A DNA stretch of 64,000 nucleotides from an uncultured Planctomycetales bacterium (lineage in GTDB: Bacteria; Omnitrophota; Gorgyraeia; Zapsychrales; JBDRMG01). A program made the translations under genes and the position numbers. The notes under the pieces were generated by a model, which saw only the letters and a list, made by a program, of their open reading frames with translations, was not told the DNA's origin and searched no databases. Every line of letters starts with the position of its first letter. Position 1 is the first letter of the stretch. This document shows, piece after piece, positions 8,622 through 16,805 of this stretch. The DNA is taken from NCBI GenBank assembly GCA_964478715.1, contig CAYZIY010000004.1:43351-107350 (forward strand), written 5' to 3'.

Positions 8622-11600
8622 TTAAAAAGGATTCGCTCCGTCTTTGCCGCAAGGAACAAAATGAACCTGAAAACCATTGCTGAAGCTAAAGGGCCACCTG
8701 TTCTGACGGAAACTATAATCCGCGCAGGTGTCTGACATCACGCCTTTCTTTAATAATCGCGAAGCCGCATCAAAGCAGGGTGAGCAATTGGACTTTTCGA
8801 CCACATATCTACCGGACAATTGATTACATGTCTGATCGAATCCCCAGCTAAACGCACCGCCACCAAGCGGATCCGCGGGGGTAGAAACACCGTCATTGTT
8901 AATCATAAACGATCCGTCTTCGCTTTTGTCACAATACGTTTCAATCGCGGCAATATCAGCCGCCGTTGATCCCTGCTGGGCCGGATGGCGGAAAATAAAT
9001 TTCCACAAGGGCACATTATTGGCAAATTTCAAGGAGAGATCCCGGTCCTGATCATAAGTGATCACCCGTGATTTGACCCGCCCGCCTTGGAAGCAATCTT
9101 TGGCAGCATCGAAACCGCTTAAATTATCATCATCGCAATGGCTTTCTGGATAAGCGTAGCTGTCCAGCAAGGTGTAACACCGGCTCATCCCCCGGTTTTT
9201 GTTATAGGTTTTTATCCACGGCCAGCGGGGCTCGGCCAATTCCTCTTTGCGGGAACATTTGCCGGCGCATTTTCCTGGCATCGCCGCCTGGGACTGGACT
9301 AAATGCCAGTATCCTTTGGGGTCTTTGTAACCGTAAATCACCCAGGGAGCCAGTTTAGCCAGTTCATAGCGATTATTTTCCTCCAAATCTTTCCAATACT
9401 TAATAATATCGTCTACTCTACCGTCATTGAGCAAGCCATCTATTTTATTCATGGCTGTTTGAAGCTCATCAAGTTTCTCCTGGGCCTCATCGCGGACACC
9501 TTGGAGATAATCCCTGCGGATTTCAAACATGCGGGCTTCTTTCAAAAGATTAAACATGCTAAAGAACAAAGCATCAAAATATGTTCTATCGGGAATATTA
9601 TGCGGAACCATGCAATATTCATAATTATCCGCGTCAGGAAAAGAATCCGGATTGGAGATCCCGATGGGATTATTAGACCAGCAATCGTCTCCGCAAGTAT
9701 TAAAACAATAATCGCCGGTGCCGGGATCGCTCCACGCGCATTTGATCATGCAATTATAGACGATCCCCGCTCTTTGAACCCGGTTAGTGATTTGATTATC
9801 AAGGCAGTTAATAATACCCGGTAATGTTTGGCCGTTACAGACCGCCGGAGAGCCGGGATCATTAAATGCGACAGAATAACTCCCGACGCCGTTGGCCCAT
9901 CCGTTGATGTAACGATGGATTTTATCTATACTTTCACGTAACTCCATCAGCTTTCCGTCGTTGGAATCAAGAACGCTCATCGCCTCAGCAATCCAGGTTG
10001 AGAATTTCGCGTGCAAGCGCTCCGGCGTTTTATTTAAAATACTTTTGGCCCAGTCGATAAACTCATCAATCAGAACGCGGGAATAATCGGTATTATCCTC
10101 AACCCAATAATGCCATCCGCCGGGTGGAGGGCATGACCAACTTGTCAGGTCCTGACCCGGATCTTCCCAAGCGCAGTCATAATCCCAATCTTCGGGATCG
10201 TGATCGACCAACTGCCGCGCGCACAGCCAACCATTGTGACAGTCCCGGTCGCAGTGCTTGCCCGGGCAATCATTCTGATAAGGAAAATTCACAGAACAAA
10301 AATCATCCACGCCTTTTTTCCAGAAAGGAGGCTCTTCACTCTCGAGATCCGGACATTCGTTTTGCGGAATTTCCAAATCATCCGCATAATGAAAATTATC
10401 CGTGAGATTATTAGTAATACAGCAGTTGGCGGGATTCCAGTCATTGAAATGATACTCATCAATGGAGCCAAACCCGCAAGTGGGCGCCGTAGAAGCTGAA
10501 GTGACAAAATAAGAATCGGCAAAATCAAAGGCAAAAACCTGCGGACCGGAATCTGTCGGTAGAGTAAAGCTTCCATTGAGATTCAGATTACCGCAGTCCG
10601 GATGATAACTATGACACCAGTCGCACTCATACGTTCGATCTTCGGGCACAGCCGGAGGCCCCAGACCGACCGTGCCGGATTGACCGTCGTCAGGCAGATT
10701 CCATTTCTGATACTCTTTCGCCAATTTCCAGAAATAGGGATAAAGGATGCCTTCCGCATCCTCTTGTCGCCAGAAACCATCCACAGAAGCTGGATCGATA
10801 TTGATCTCATAATCATCCGAAGGACCGGCGGGGTTTAAAGGACTGGTCTTTTTATCCTTGCGGGTATCACCCCTCCAGTATCGATTATTATCATCCCGCC
10901 CGACGAACTCCCGAAAAGACACGAATTGCCCCGCTCCGGGATTATTGTTGTATTTATTCTCAGCGTATCGATCATAGACATTGGGCCAGTCATGATCCGG
11001 GCAATCAGTTGAAACCCCGCATTCGTCCGGCCCGCCGGTATCACAGCAGCTCGGACGGAGATTGGGCTCATCGGCAATCGGTGGTAAAACATCAGGCCTC
11101 AGCCCGGAATCTCCTTTAAAGGTATTGTTGTAGCTGGGCTCGCTGGGATAAGTCTTCAGTTTTCTAAAAAATACTATTTTTTTTCCGAATGGCGTAGTTA
11201 TTTTTTCTTCAAACCAGGTTCCAGTTCTACCCTCTGTCTTGGGAAGACAACAACAATTGCAATAGGCAGGTTTGGGGTCTTCACAGCATTCATGCTTGGG
11301 ACCAGCGTCCGGACAATAATTCCCGACCGGATCCCACAAGCCCCAGTTATCATTGACACCTTTCCATTCTTTTAATAAAAACTCTCCAATGGCTTTCTGA
11401 AATTTTTCAATCGCTTCTATCCGCGAATCAGCTCCCACCAAAGCCAGGCGGGAAACACGCTCATGCATATGATAGGTGAGGCGAGAAACTTTATCGTCAG
11501 TGGCATCAGGCCCCCACATCCCGTCCATGTCCATGTCCATAAAGTCGATCATCTTCTCCTGGTCCATCACCGCGTTTTGCAAGCCCAGCATCACACCACG

Positions 11601-12149
11601 CTCTAAAAATCCATCAACAATATCCAGGTCAATAGCTTCCAACATTTTGTTCCACTGATCGGTAATGCCGGGCTCGATCTCGGTTAAAGAAATACTTATC
11701 GATATAGCAGTAGCAACGGCTGCTATGATAATCCCCACCGCTAAAGAGGCCCCGGAGCCGCCGGTAGCAATCGTTACAATAACGGCCAGGATGACGCTGG
11801 CAATAAAAGTAACGACCGCCGTAAAGACATCGGTATGCTTGCAGGCCGTGAGATCGTCTCCGAACTCTTCGTCGCCCGCGTGTTGATAATAATACTCCGC
11901 GTAAGAAGCCATTTCCGAGGCCAAGAAAGCGGCCGCCTGATTGCTGGCTAAAGTGGCGGCTGTTTTGGACTGATTGATCCGTCCCAGATTGAGCGTGGCC
12001 GCGAAAAAGATCAGAGCTACCGCGAAAACCAAAACAAGAATCACCGCTACCTGGGCCCGCCTGGAAAGCAAGCTAGAGGATTTTGAAACAACCTTTCCAT
12101 TTATTTTACGGGAATGTCTTTTGATAAGATGGTTAAATATTTGAAACAC
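8622..12149 (-). CDS. TadG-like large Cys-rich pilus-associated adhesin (1175 aa)
   Basis: RRA|QVAVILVLVFAVALIFFAATLNLGR...NQAAAFLAS TadG-type N-terminus; many Cys clusters; DxDxDG motif. Confidence 0.75.
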   Translation of the reverse strand: MFQIFNHLIKRHSRKINGKVVSKSSSLLSRRAQVAVILVLVFAVALIFFAATLNLGRINQSKTAATLASNQAAAFLASEMASYAEYYYQHAGDEEFGDDLTACKHTDVFTAVVTFIASVILAVIVTIATGGSGASLAVGIIIAAVATAISISISLTEIEPGITDQWNKMLEAIDLDIVDGFLERGVMLGLQNAVMDQEKMIDFMDMDMDGMWGPDATDDKVSRLTYHMHERVSRLALVGADSRIEAIEKFQKAIGEFLLKEWKGVNDNWGLWDPVGNYCPDAGPKHECCEDPKPAYCNCCCLPKTEGRTGTWFEEKITTPFGKKIVFFRKLKTYPSEPSYNNTFKGDSGLRPDVLPPIADEPNLRPSCCDTGGPDECGVSTDCPDHDWPNVYDRYAENKYNNNPGAGQFVSFREFVGRDDNNRYWRGDTRKDKKTSPLNPAGPSDDYEINIDPASVDGFWRQEDAEGILYPYFWKLAKEYQKWNLPDDGQSGTVGLGPPAVPEDRTYECDWCHSYHPDCGNLNLNGSFTLPTDSGPQVFAFDFADSYFVTSASTAPTCGFGSIDEYHFNDWNPANCCITNNLTDNFHYADDLEIPQNECPDLESEEPPFWKKGVDDFCSVNFPYQNDCPGKHCDRDCHNGWLCARQLVDHDPEDWDYDCAWEDPGQDLTSWSCPPPGGWHYWVEDNTDYSRVLIDEFIDWAKSILNKTPERLHAKFSTWIAEAMSVLDSNDGKLMELRESIDKIHRYINGWANGVGSYSVAFNDPGSPAVCNGQTLPGIINCLDNQITNRVQRAGIVYNCMIKCAWSDPGTGDYCFNTCGDDCWSNNPIGISNPDSFPDADNYEYCMVPHNIPDRTYFDALFFSMFNLLKEARMFEIRRDYLQGVRDEAQEKLDELQTAMNKIDGLLNDGRVDDIIKYWKDLEENNRYELAKLAPWVIYGYKDPKGYWHLVQSQAAMPGKCAGKCSRKEELAEPRWPWIKTYNKNRGMSRCYTLLDSYAYPESHCDDDNLSGFDAAKDCFQGGRVKSRVITYDQDRDLSLKFANNVPLWKFIFRHPAQQGSTAADIAAIETYCDKSEDGSFMINNDGVSTPADPLGGGAFSWGFDQTCNQLSGRYVVEKSNCSPCFDAASRLLKKGVMSDTCADYSFRQNRWPFSFSNGFQVHFVPCGKDGANPF

Positions 12150-12176
12150 ATTACCCTCGCTTATACTTTTGCGTCA

Positions 12177-12455
12177 TCAATAATGAATCATGTTAAGCTT
12201 TTCAAACTCGTAAAAAATGGGATTGGTCTGCTTCATGGGTCCTTCATCACCTTCAAGAAGGCCCCAGTCTTCCTCGATCCCCTGGGTCAATTGATCATCG
12301 TGAGATTTCCGGCCGCTGGCCAAGCTAGCCCCGGCCCAGCGAAAAGCCATCACGCAGGCATAAATTAAAATAAGAACGATGATAAAGCTGAAGGTGAATT
12401 CGATCATCACTTGAGCTTTTCCTGTTTTGATTTTTGCTTTCAAAGACAATAACAT
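12177..12455 (-). CDS. TadE-like minor pilin
   Basis: KA|QVMIEF plus hydrophobic helix. Confidence 0.8.
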   Translation of the reverse strand: MLLSLKAKIKTGKAQVMIEFTFSFIIVLILIYACVMAFRWAGASLASGRKSHDDQLTQGIEEDWGLLEGDEGPMKQTNPIFYEFEKLNMIHY

Positions 12456-12467
12456 TAATCCTCATCC

Positions 12468-13910
12468 TTATTGAATCGGCATTTGGTCATCACTGACATC
12501 GACCGTCCATCTGTGACCGCCGCGATCCTCGATCCGGCTGCGGATATAAAAAACTTTTTGCTCTTCATCGAAGCAGTTTTTAAACATATTGGCATCACTG
12601 AGACAGTCATTACAGGATTCCACATAGGGATTGACCTTATAATTAGGAACACCCTCACCTACGTCCCAACTTTTCCCCGTCCCATTGCCGCACAGGCGCC
12701 CGGTATCATTACTGAGCTGAAATTTGCGCTCAATCAAAGACAACCGGTCGGTCATGCGGGTGTTGCGCACCACCTGGCCGCCGGCCGCAACTAATTTTCC
12801 CTCTTCAATGCGCAGCAGTGTCCCGTCGCGGGTTTCGGTATAGATTCTGGTCTCATCCATCAGGCCCGGCTTTTTCTGATCCGTTCCCCCGGGTTCAGCC
12901 GGTGTCGGCCCTCCCACATAGTCATAGGTATTATAGGTTTGATCATAATCGCCTTCCTGCATATCCAAAACCCAGGCATATTTGACGATCCCTGAACCTT
13001 CACACCCGTATATTGAAGAAGGAGAAGAGGAATACTGCCACGGGGCTGTCGTATTAAACTGAGCCTGATTAGTGTCTTCCAGGCCGAACACTTTTTCTTC
13101 TTTCAGGTCTCCGTCGACATCGTAACTCAGCGTAGCGCCTTCCTCAATAAGAAAATTCTCTGTCAGGCCTGGAACCTTGCGCCATTGCCAGGCCATTCGA
13201 TTGGGATACATGACATCGCCGTCTCTATAAATGAATCCCCCATAATGTATTGTTTCTCCTGTTGCGCCGTTGCGATTATAATCAAATCTTTCTGTGTCGT
13301 TTGAATCCCAGTCCGCGCTCACTCCTGCCGGCCCGGGAATTTTCGTATAAAAAACAGGACAATCGAAGCCCGCGCATTCCCCGGCTTCCATCGAATCGGG
13401 AACAAAGACAGAATCCGGATGTTCCGTGCACTGGCCTTCATCATCCGCAAAACAATAAATCCGATAGGCGGCCACGCTTAAAGGGAAATGCTCGCCGTTA
13501 ACATATAAATCCATCACCGGCACTTCGTCATCCTTTCCGAATTCCGCCGGCATCATCAATTTGTTGGTCATACTGCCGCCGCCGCCAAACACATAAGCGC
13601 TGCGGGCTTCGGGACCGTATTTGCCGCTGCTGCCGGTCACATCAACATCCTTGCGGTCCTCGATCACCAGAACGCTGGCCATGATGCGGGAGGAATTCTC
13701 TGCCTTCCCGGAAGAATCAAGCTGCCAGGAAGAATGAAAAGACTTTGTTAAAGCCAGGCGCGTCGCTTTCATCCAGTGGTTTTGCACATTATTGCTGTGG
13801 CTGGCGTAGCGGATCAACAGCCCCAGCATAAAAAGCAAAATCACGCCGAAAGCGGCGAGTTCGGTGGCGGTTTGGGCTGATAATAATTTACGTTTTTTTC
13901 GATTTCTCAT
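12468..13910 (-). CDS. Large pilin-like protein (480 aa)
   Basis: Basic leader, SA|QTATEL plus hydrophobic helix; DVDGD and DYNRNG Ca-loop-like motifs; Cys pairs. Confidence 0.75.
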   Translation of the reverse strand: MRNRKKRKLLSAQTATELAAFGVILLFMLGLLIRYASHSNNVQNHWMKATRLALTKSFHSSWQLDSSGKAENSSRIMASVLVIEDRKDVDVTGSSGKYGPEARSAYVFGGGGSMTNKLMMPAEFGKDDEVPVMDLYVNGEHFPLSVAAYRIYCFADDEGQCTEHPDSVFVPDSMEAGECAGFDCPVFYTKIPGPAGVSADWDSNDTERFDYNRNGATGETIHYGGFIYRDGDVMYPNRMAWQWRKVPGLTENFLIEEGATLSYDVDGDLKEEKVFGLEDTNQAQFNTTAPWQYSSSPSSIYGCEGSGIVKYAWVLDMQEGDYDQTYNTYDYVGGPTPAEPGGTDQKKPGLMDETRIYTETRDGTLLRIEEGKLVAAGGQVVRNTRMTDRLSLIERKFQLSNDTGRLCGNGTGKSWDVGEGVPNYKVNPYVESCNDCLSDANMFKNCFDEEQKVFYIRSRIEDRGGHRWTVDVSDDQMPIQ

Positions 13911-13929
13911 GATATCTAACTAAAGCGTG

Positions 13930-14241
13930 TCAATAATTCGGGACATTGGTCTGGCCTGTTTTTGTTTCGGTGGCATAGGCCGAGTCTTTCTTTTTCGACC
14001 AGTAGCTTCCAGCTTCCTCCTGAATCGACAATTCGGACACACTGTTTCCGACAGTGGTAAAAGTGATGTTGCTCACCGCGACCGTCGGATCGTATTGATC
14101 GCCGAAATTATCTATCTGCCCTCTCCAGCGACCCTGAATCCCGCGCTTGATATAAATGGTCATGGCCAGCAGAGCGCCGGCCACGACAATGATAAGAATC
14201 GAATATTCAAGCGTTGACTGGGCTTTTCGTATGCATTTCAT
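13930..14241 (-). CDS. Flp-like pilin
   Basis: RKA|QSTLEY, YIKRGIQGRW, QYDP. Confidence 0.85.
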   Translation of the reverse strand: MKCIRKAQSTLEYSILIIVVAGALLAMTIYIKRGIQGRWRGQIDNFGDQYDPTVAVSNITFTTVGNSVSELSIQEEAGSYWSKKKDSAYATETKTGQTNVPNY

Positions 14242-14281
14242 TTTATCTAACCTCTTACTTGCGCGGCTTATCTCTTTCGCG

Positions 14282-14632
14282 TTAATACGTGCGGTTCGTT
14301 AATCCCATATTCACGATCGAAGAGCTTTCTTCTTCGGAAGAATCTCCGTAAATATAATCGATCGCGCCCCCCGGGCTTTGCAATAATTGTTTCCCCTGAG
14401 TATAACGGACAGCGGAATAGCTCTCTTCAATATAGCCGCTGGTTTCATCGATCTGCTGTTCGGCGCATTGCTGAATGCCGACCTGATCCGATGCCATTTT
14501 GATGGTCGCCTGGACACTGCGCATCAGAAAAGGGCGCATTAAAATTAAAAAGGAACCCACCACGCCGGCCACCAGAAGATATTCCATCAAGGATTGGGCT
14601 CTGTTATTAAAATGTCTCGATATTTTTCTCAT
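14282..14632 (-). CDS. Flp-like pilin
   Basis: MRKISRHFNNRA|QSLMEY; start trimmed to the ATG at 14632, directly after the upstream stop. Confidence 0.8.
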   Translation of the reverse strand: MRKISRHFNNRAQSLMEYLLVAGVVGSFLILMRPFLMRSVQATIKMASDQVGIQQCAEQQIDETSGYIEESYSAVRYTQGKQLLQSPGGAIDYIYGDSSEEESSSIVNMGLTNRTY

Positions 14633-14633
14633 A

Positions 14634-15005
14634 TTAATCGGCCTCACCGGGCGGCGCTGTTTCTCCCTCGGATATGACGGAAGTCGTGTCTGTGTCCGCG
14701 CCCTCATACTCTTGTCCTGTAGCCAGCGGAAACAATTGATCGATATCTTGGGTTTGCTGTTTGATCTCGCGAGTGGAATTAACATAATACGGCTCGTACT
14801 GATCAACGAAATCACCCGCGGATCCGGAAACATAAAAAGCGGTTTTGGCATCGGCGAAGGAGCGGTCATGGGCTCCTTTCATCGCCGCCATGAAACCGCG
14901 CTGGACATAGACGCTTATTCCTGTAATCGCGGCCACGACCAAAGCCAGCAAAATCGCCTGTTCGCTGATAATCTGAGCCTTTGTTTTCTTAATTCCTTTA
15001 AACAT
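14634..15005 (-). CDS. Flp-like pilin
   Basis: KTKA|QIISEQ, YVQRG, QYEPYY. Confidence 0.8.
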   Translation of the reverse strand: MFKGIKKTKAQIISEQAILLALVVAAITGISVYVQRGFMAAMKGAHDRSFADAKTAFYVSGSAGDFVDQYEPYYVNSTREIKQQTQDIDQLFPLATGQEYEGADTDTTSVISEGETAPPGEAD

Positions 15006-15020
15006 TCTACGCCTTATTTA

Positions 15021-15049
15021 TATTAAAGCTTGTTGATAATTGAAGTCAA
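15021..15049 (-). promoter_or_regulatory. Possible internal promoter for the minor pilin/TadG/TadBC genes
   Basis: TTGACT-N16-TTTAAT just downstream of the internal terminator. Confidence 0.45.
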
Positions 15050-15089
15050 CATTTAATACTAATATTAATAATTCTGAAAGAAACTGCCG

Positions 15090-15133
15090 AAAAAACTGGC
15101 CTGCCACAATATCTTCCTCCCGGCAGGCCAGTT
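15090..15133 (-). terminator. Intrinsic terminator after the first four pilin genes
   Basis: AACTGGCCTGCC...GGCAGGCCAGTT followed by a T-run. Confidence 0.8.
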
Positions 15134-15171
15134 CTTCTCATTCTTTGATCAACGTGTACTCGACAAACTGA

Positions 15172-15504
15172 TTACTCTGTCTCCGATCCCCAGTATTCCT
15201 GCTGGACATTGATGAGATTAGCCGAATAAGTGACATTCGTCCATTCATCATCCAGAAGCCGGGATTCTGTTTGTCCGTCTATTGTAGTTTCGTTGGAATG
15301 GGTTTGAGTCGTCGTTGATCGGTAGTATCTGGTATTGCCAGGAGAAAACTGATCACCGATATCATCAGTGGCCTGGCGGTAACGTCCCTGAACACCTCGT
15401 TTAATATACATTTGCATAGAGAGCAAAGCACCTAAGACGACAATAATCAAGATGGCGTATTCTAAAGTGCTCTGCGCCTTTTTATTCCGTAAGAATCTTA
15501 ACAT
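15172..15504 (-). CDS. Flp-like pilin
   Basis: NKKA|QSTLEY, YIKRGVQG; SD AGGAGGTGA. Confidence 0.88.
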   Translation of the reverse strand: MLRFLRNKKAQSTLEYAILIIVVLGALLSMQMYIKRGVQGRYRQATDDIGDQFSPGNTRYYRSTTTQTHSNETTIDGQTESRLLDDEWTNVTYSANLINVQQEYWGSETE

Positions 15505-15560
15505 GATTTTATTTCACCTCCCTAAATAAAATATATCAACACAGATCATCTGCTGTCGGC

Positions 15561-15896
15561 TTAATTGCCATTGACATCCGTGGTCAATGTATAACCGTCA
15601 CTGGCTCTTTTAGTATAAGTTGTTTCACCCACTTCTGTTTTATCCGCATCATAATCCTGATACTGAGTAGCATTGCGTTCCTGTTCGTATACTTTCACAT
15701 GATAATAGGGCTCGTATTGCGTAGTTGCGCTGCCCATTTCTGTTGACATTTCGTCTGTCTTGCCTTTAACACCGGCATTGATCGCGCGGGTCACATAGAC
15801 CTGCATCCCGGTGATCGCGCCGACGACAAGGGCGATGAGAATGGCGTATTCCGCCGTGGACTGCCCTTTGATTTTCTTTTTCAACTTAATTAACAT
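15561..15896 (-). CDS. Flp-like pilin
   Basis: IKG|QSTAEY, QYEPYY; SD AGGAGGTGA places the start at 15896. Confidence 0.88.
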   Translation of the reverse strand: MLIKLKKKIKGQSTAEYAILIALVVGAITGMQVYVTRAINAGVKGKTDEMSTEMGSATTQYEPYYHVKVYEQERNATQYQDYDADKTEVGETTYTKRASDGYTLTTDVNGN

Positions 15897-15945
15897 TGAT
15901 TTCACCTCCTATGAAAAACCATAACAACATTCATTAGCTTTTTGA

Positions 15946-16152
15946 TTACGTACCGTTCTTAGGCGACAAGGGCCGCGAACCGGCCAAACGATTGGCCATG
16001 GTCGACATACCATTAGCTGTTGACCCAACGGTATTCTCCAGAGCACTTTGGAATAATCCGCCTTCAACCATAACACCAATAATCACAATCACAACGCCCG
16101 TAATCAAGATAACGTATTCCAGCGTACTTTGTCCTTTTCTCTTTTTTCTCAT
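15946..16152 (-). CDS. Short Flp-like pilin
   Basis: MRKKRKG|QSTLEY; SD AGGAGGTGA places the start at 16152. Confidence 0.88.
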   Translation of the reverse strand: MRKKRKGQSTLEYVILITGVVIVIIGVMVEGGLFQSALENTVGSTANGMSTMANRLAGSRPLSPKNGT

Positions 16153-16210
16153 TTTAGTTTTCACCTCCTGCAAAGTCGTCTTGATAACCCTGATTACTCA
16201 GGGATGAATG

Positions 16211-16366
16211 TCACTTATCTCTGGCTTCCTCTTCTATCATTTTCTGGGTTGCCTGAATCGAACGATAGGCATAGGTGCTCATGGCGATCACAGCTGCAGA
16301 AACAATAGCAACAACGATAGAGTATTCAATCAGGTTTTGTGCTTGTCTTTTTTTTATTCGTCTCAT
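16211..16366 (-). CDS. Short Flp-like pilin (51 aa, missing from the ORF track)
   Basis: Hand translation MRRIKKRQA|QNLIEYSIVVAIVSAAVIAMSTYAYRSIQATQKMIEEEARDK*; SD GGGAG. Confidence 0.88.
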   Translation of the reverse strand: MRRIKKRQAQNLIEYSIVVAIVSAAVIAMSTYAYRSIQATQKMIEEEARDK

Positions 16367-16735
16367 CGTTGCTGCTCCCTTGTGCCTAACAAAAATGACA
16401 GATGACCCTTTCTTTTCTCCCCAACCTTAGAGAGCGGAATGCCTTACTAAGGGTCTCTATTTCCGGTTTCCACGAAAACCGGCCCCTTTTGGTCTTTGCG
16501 TTACCTTTTTTGTTTTGATATGTAAGAACAAAAGAGGATTTAAATCCCCCGGCCGATATTACGTCCGGAGAATGTCGCTTCCCTCTTTTTCTGGGTGGAG
16601 AAATAAAAAGTCCTCAACCAGAACAGTTGAGGCGCTGCATGAAATGATGGGTGATCTATTGTGGTGTTTATCTTTCATTATTTCTCCGTGGCCAGAAATA
16701 ATGCTGCTTGATTATAATGCATTTAAGGCTCTTCA

Positions 16736-16765
16736 AATATAACATATTAAAGAGGGAAAAGTCAA
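16736..16765 (-). promoter_or_regulatory. Sigma70-type promoter of the pilin operon, followed by a ~360-nt structured leader
   Basis: TTGACT-N18-TATATT with extended -10; same -35 and ATATGTTATATT as the giant-gene promoter. Confidence 0.65.
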
Positions 16766-16805
16766 GGGACGGAATAAAAAGACAGAGAAATTTAAGAAAC
16801 CGCTT

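Noticed and set aside
14633-14869. N-terminal extensions of track ORFs 14282..14869, 37288..38331, 36603..37361, 8221..8652 and 45326..48622
   Set aside because: Most overlap upstream genes; downstream starts with SD or pilin leaders fit better
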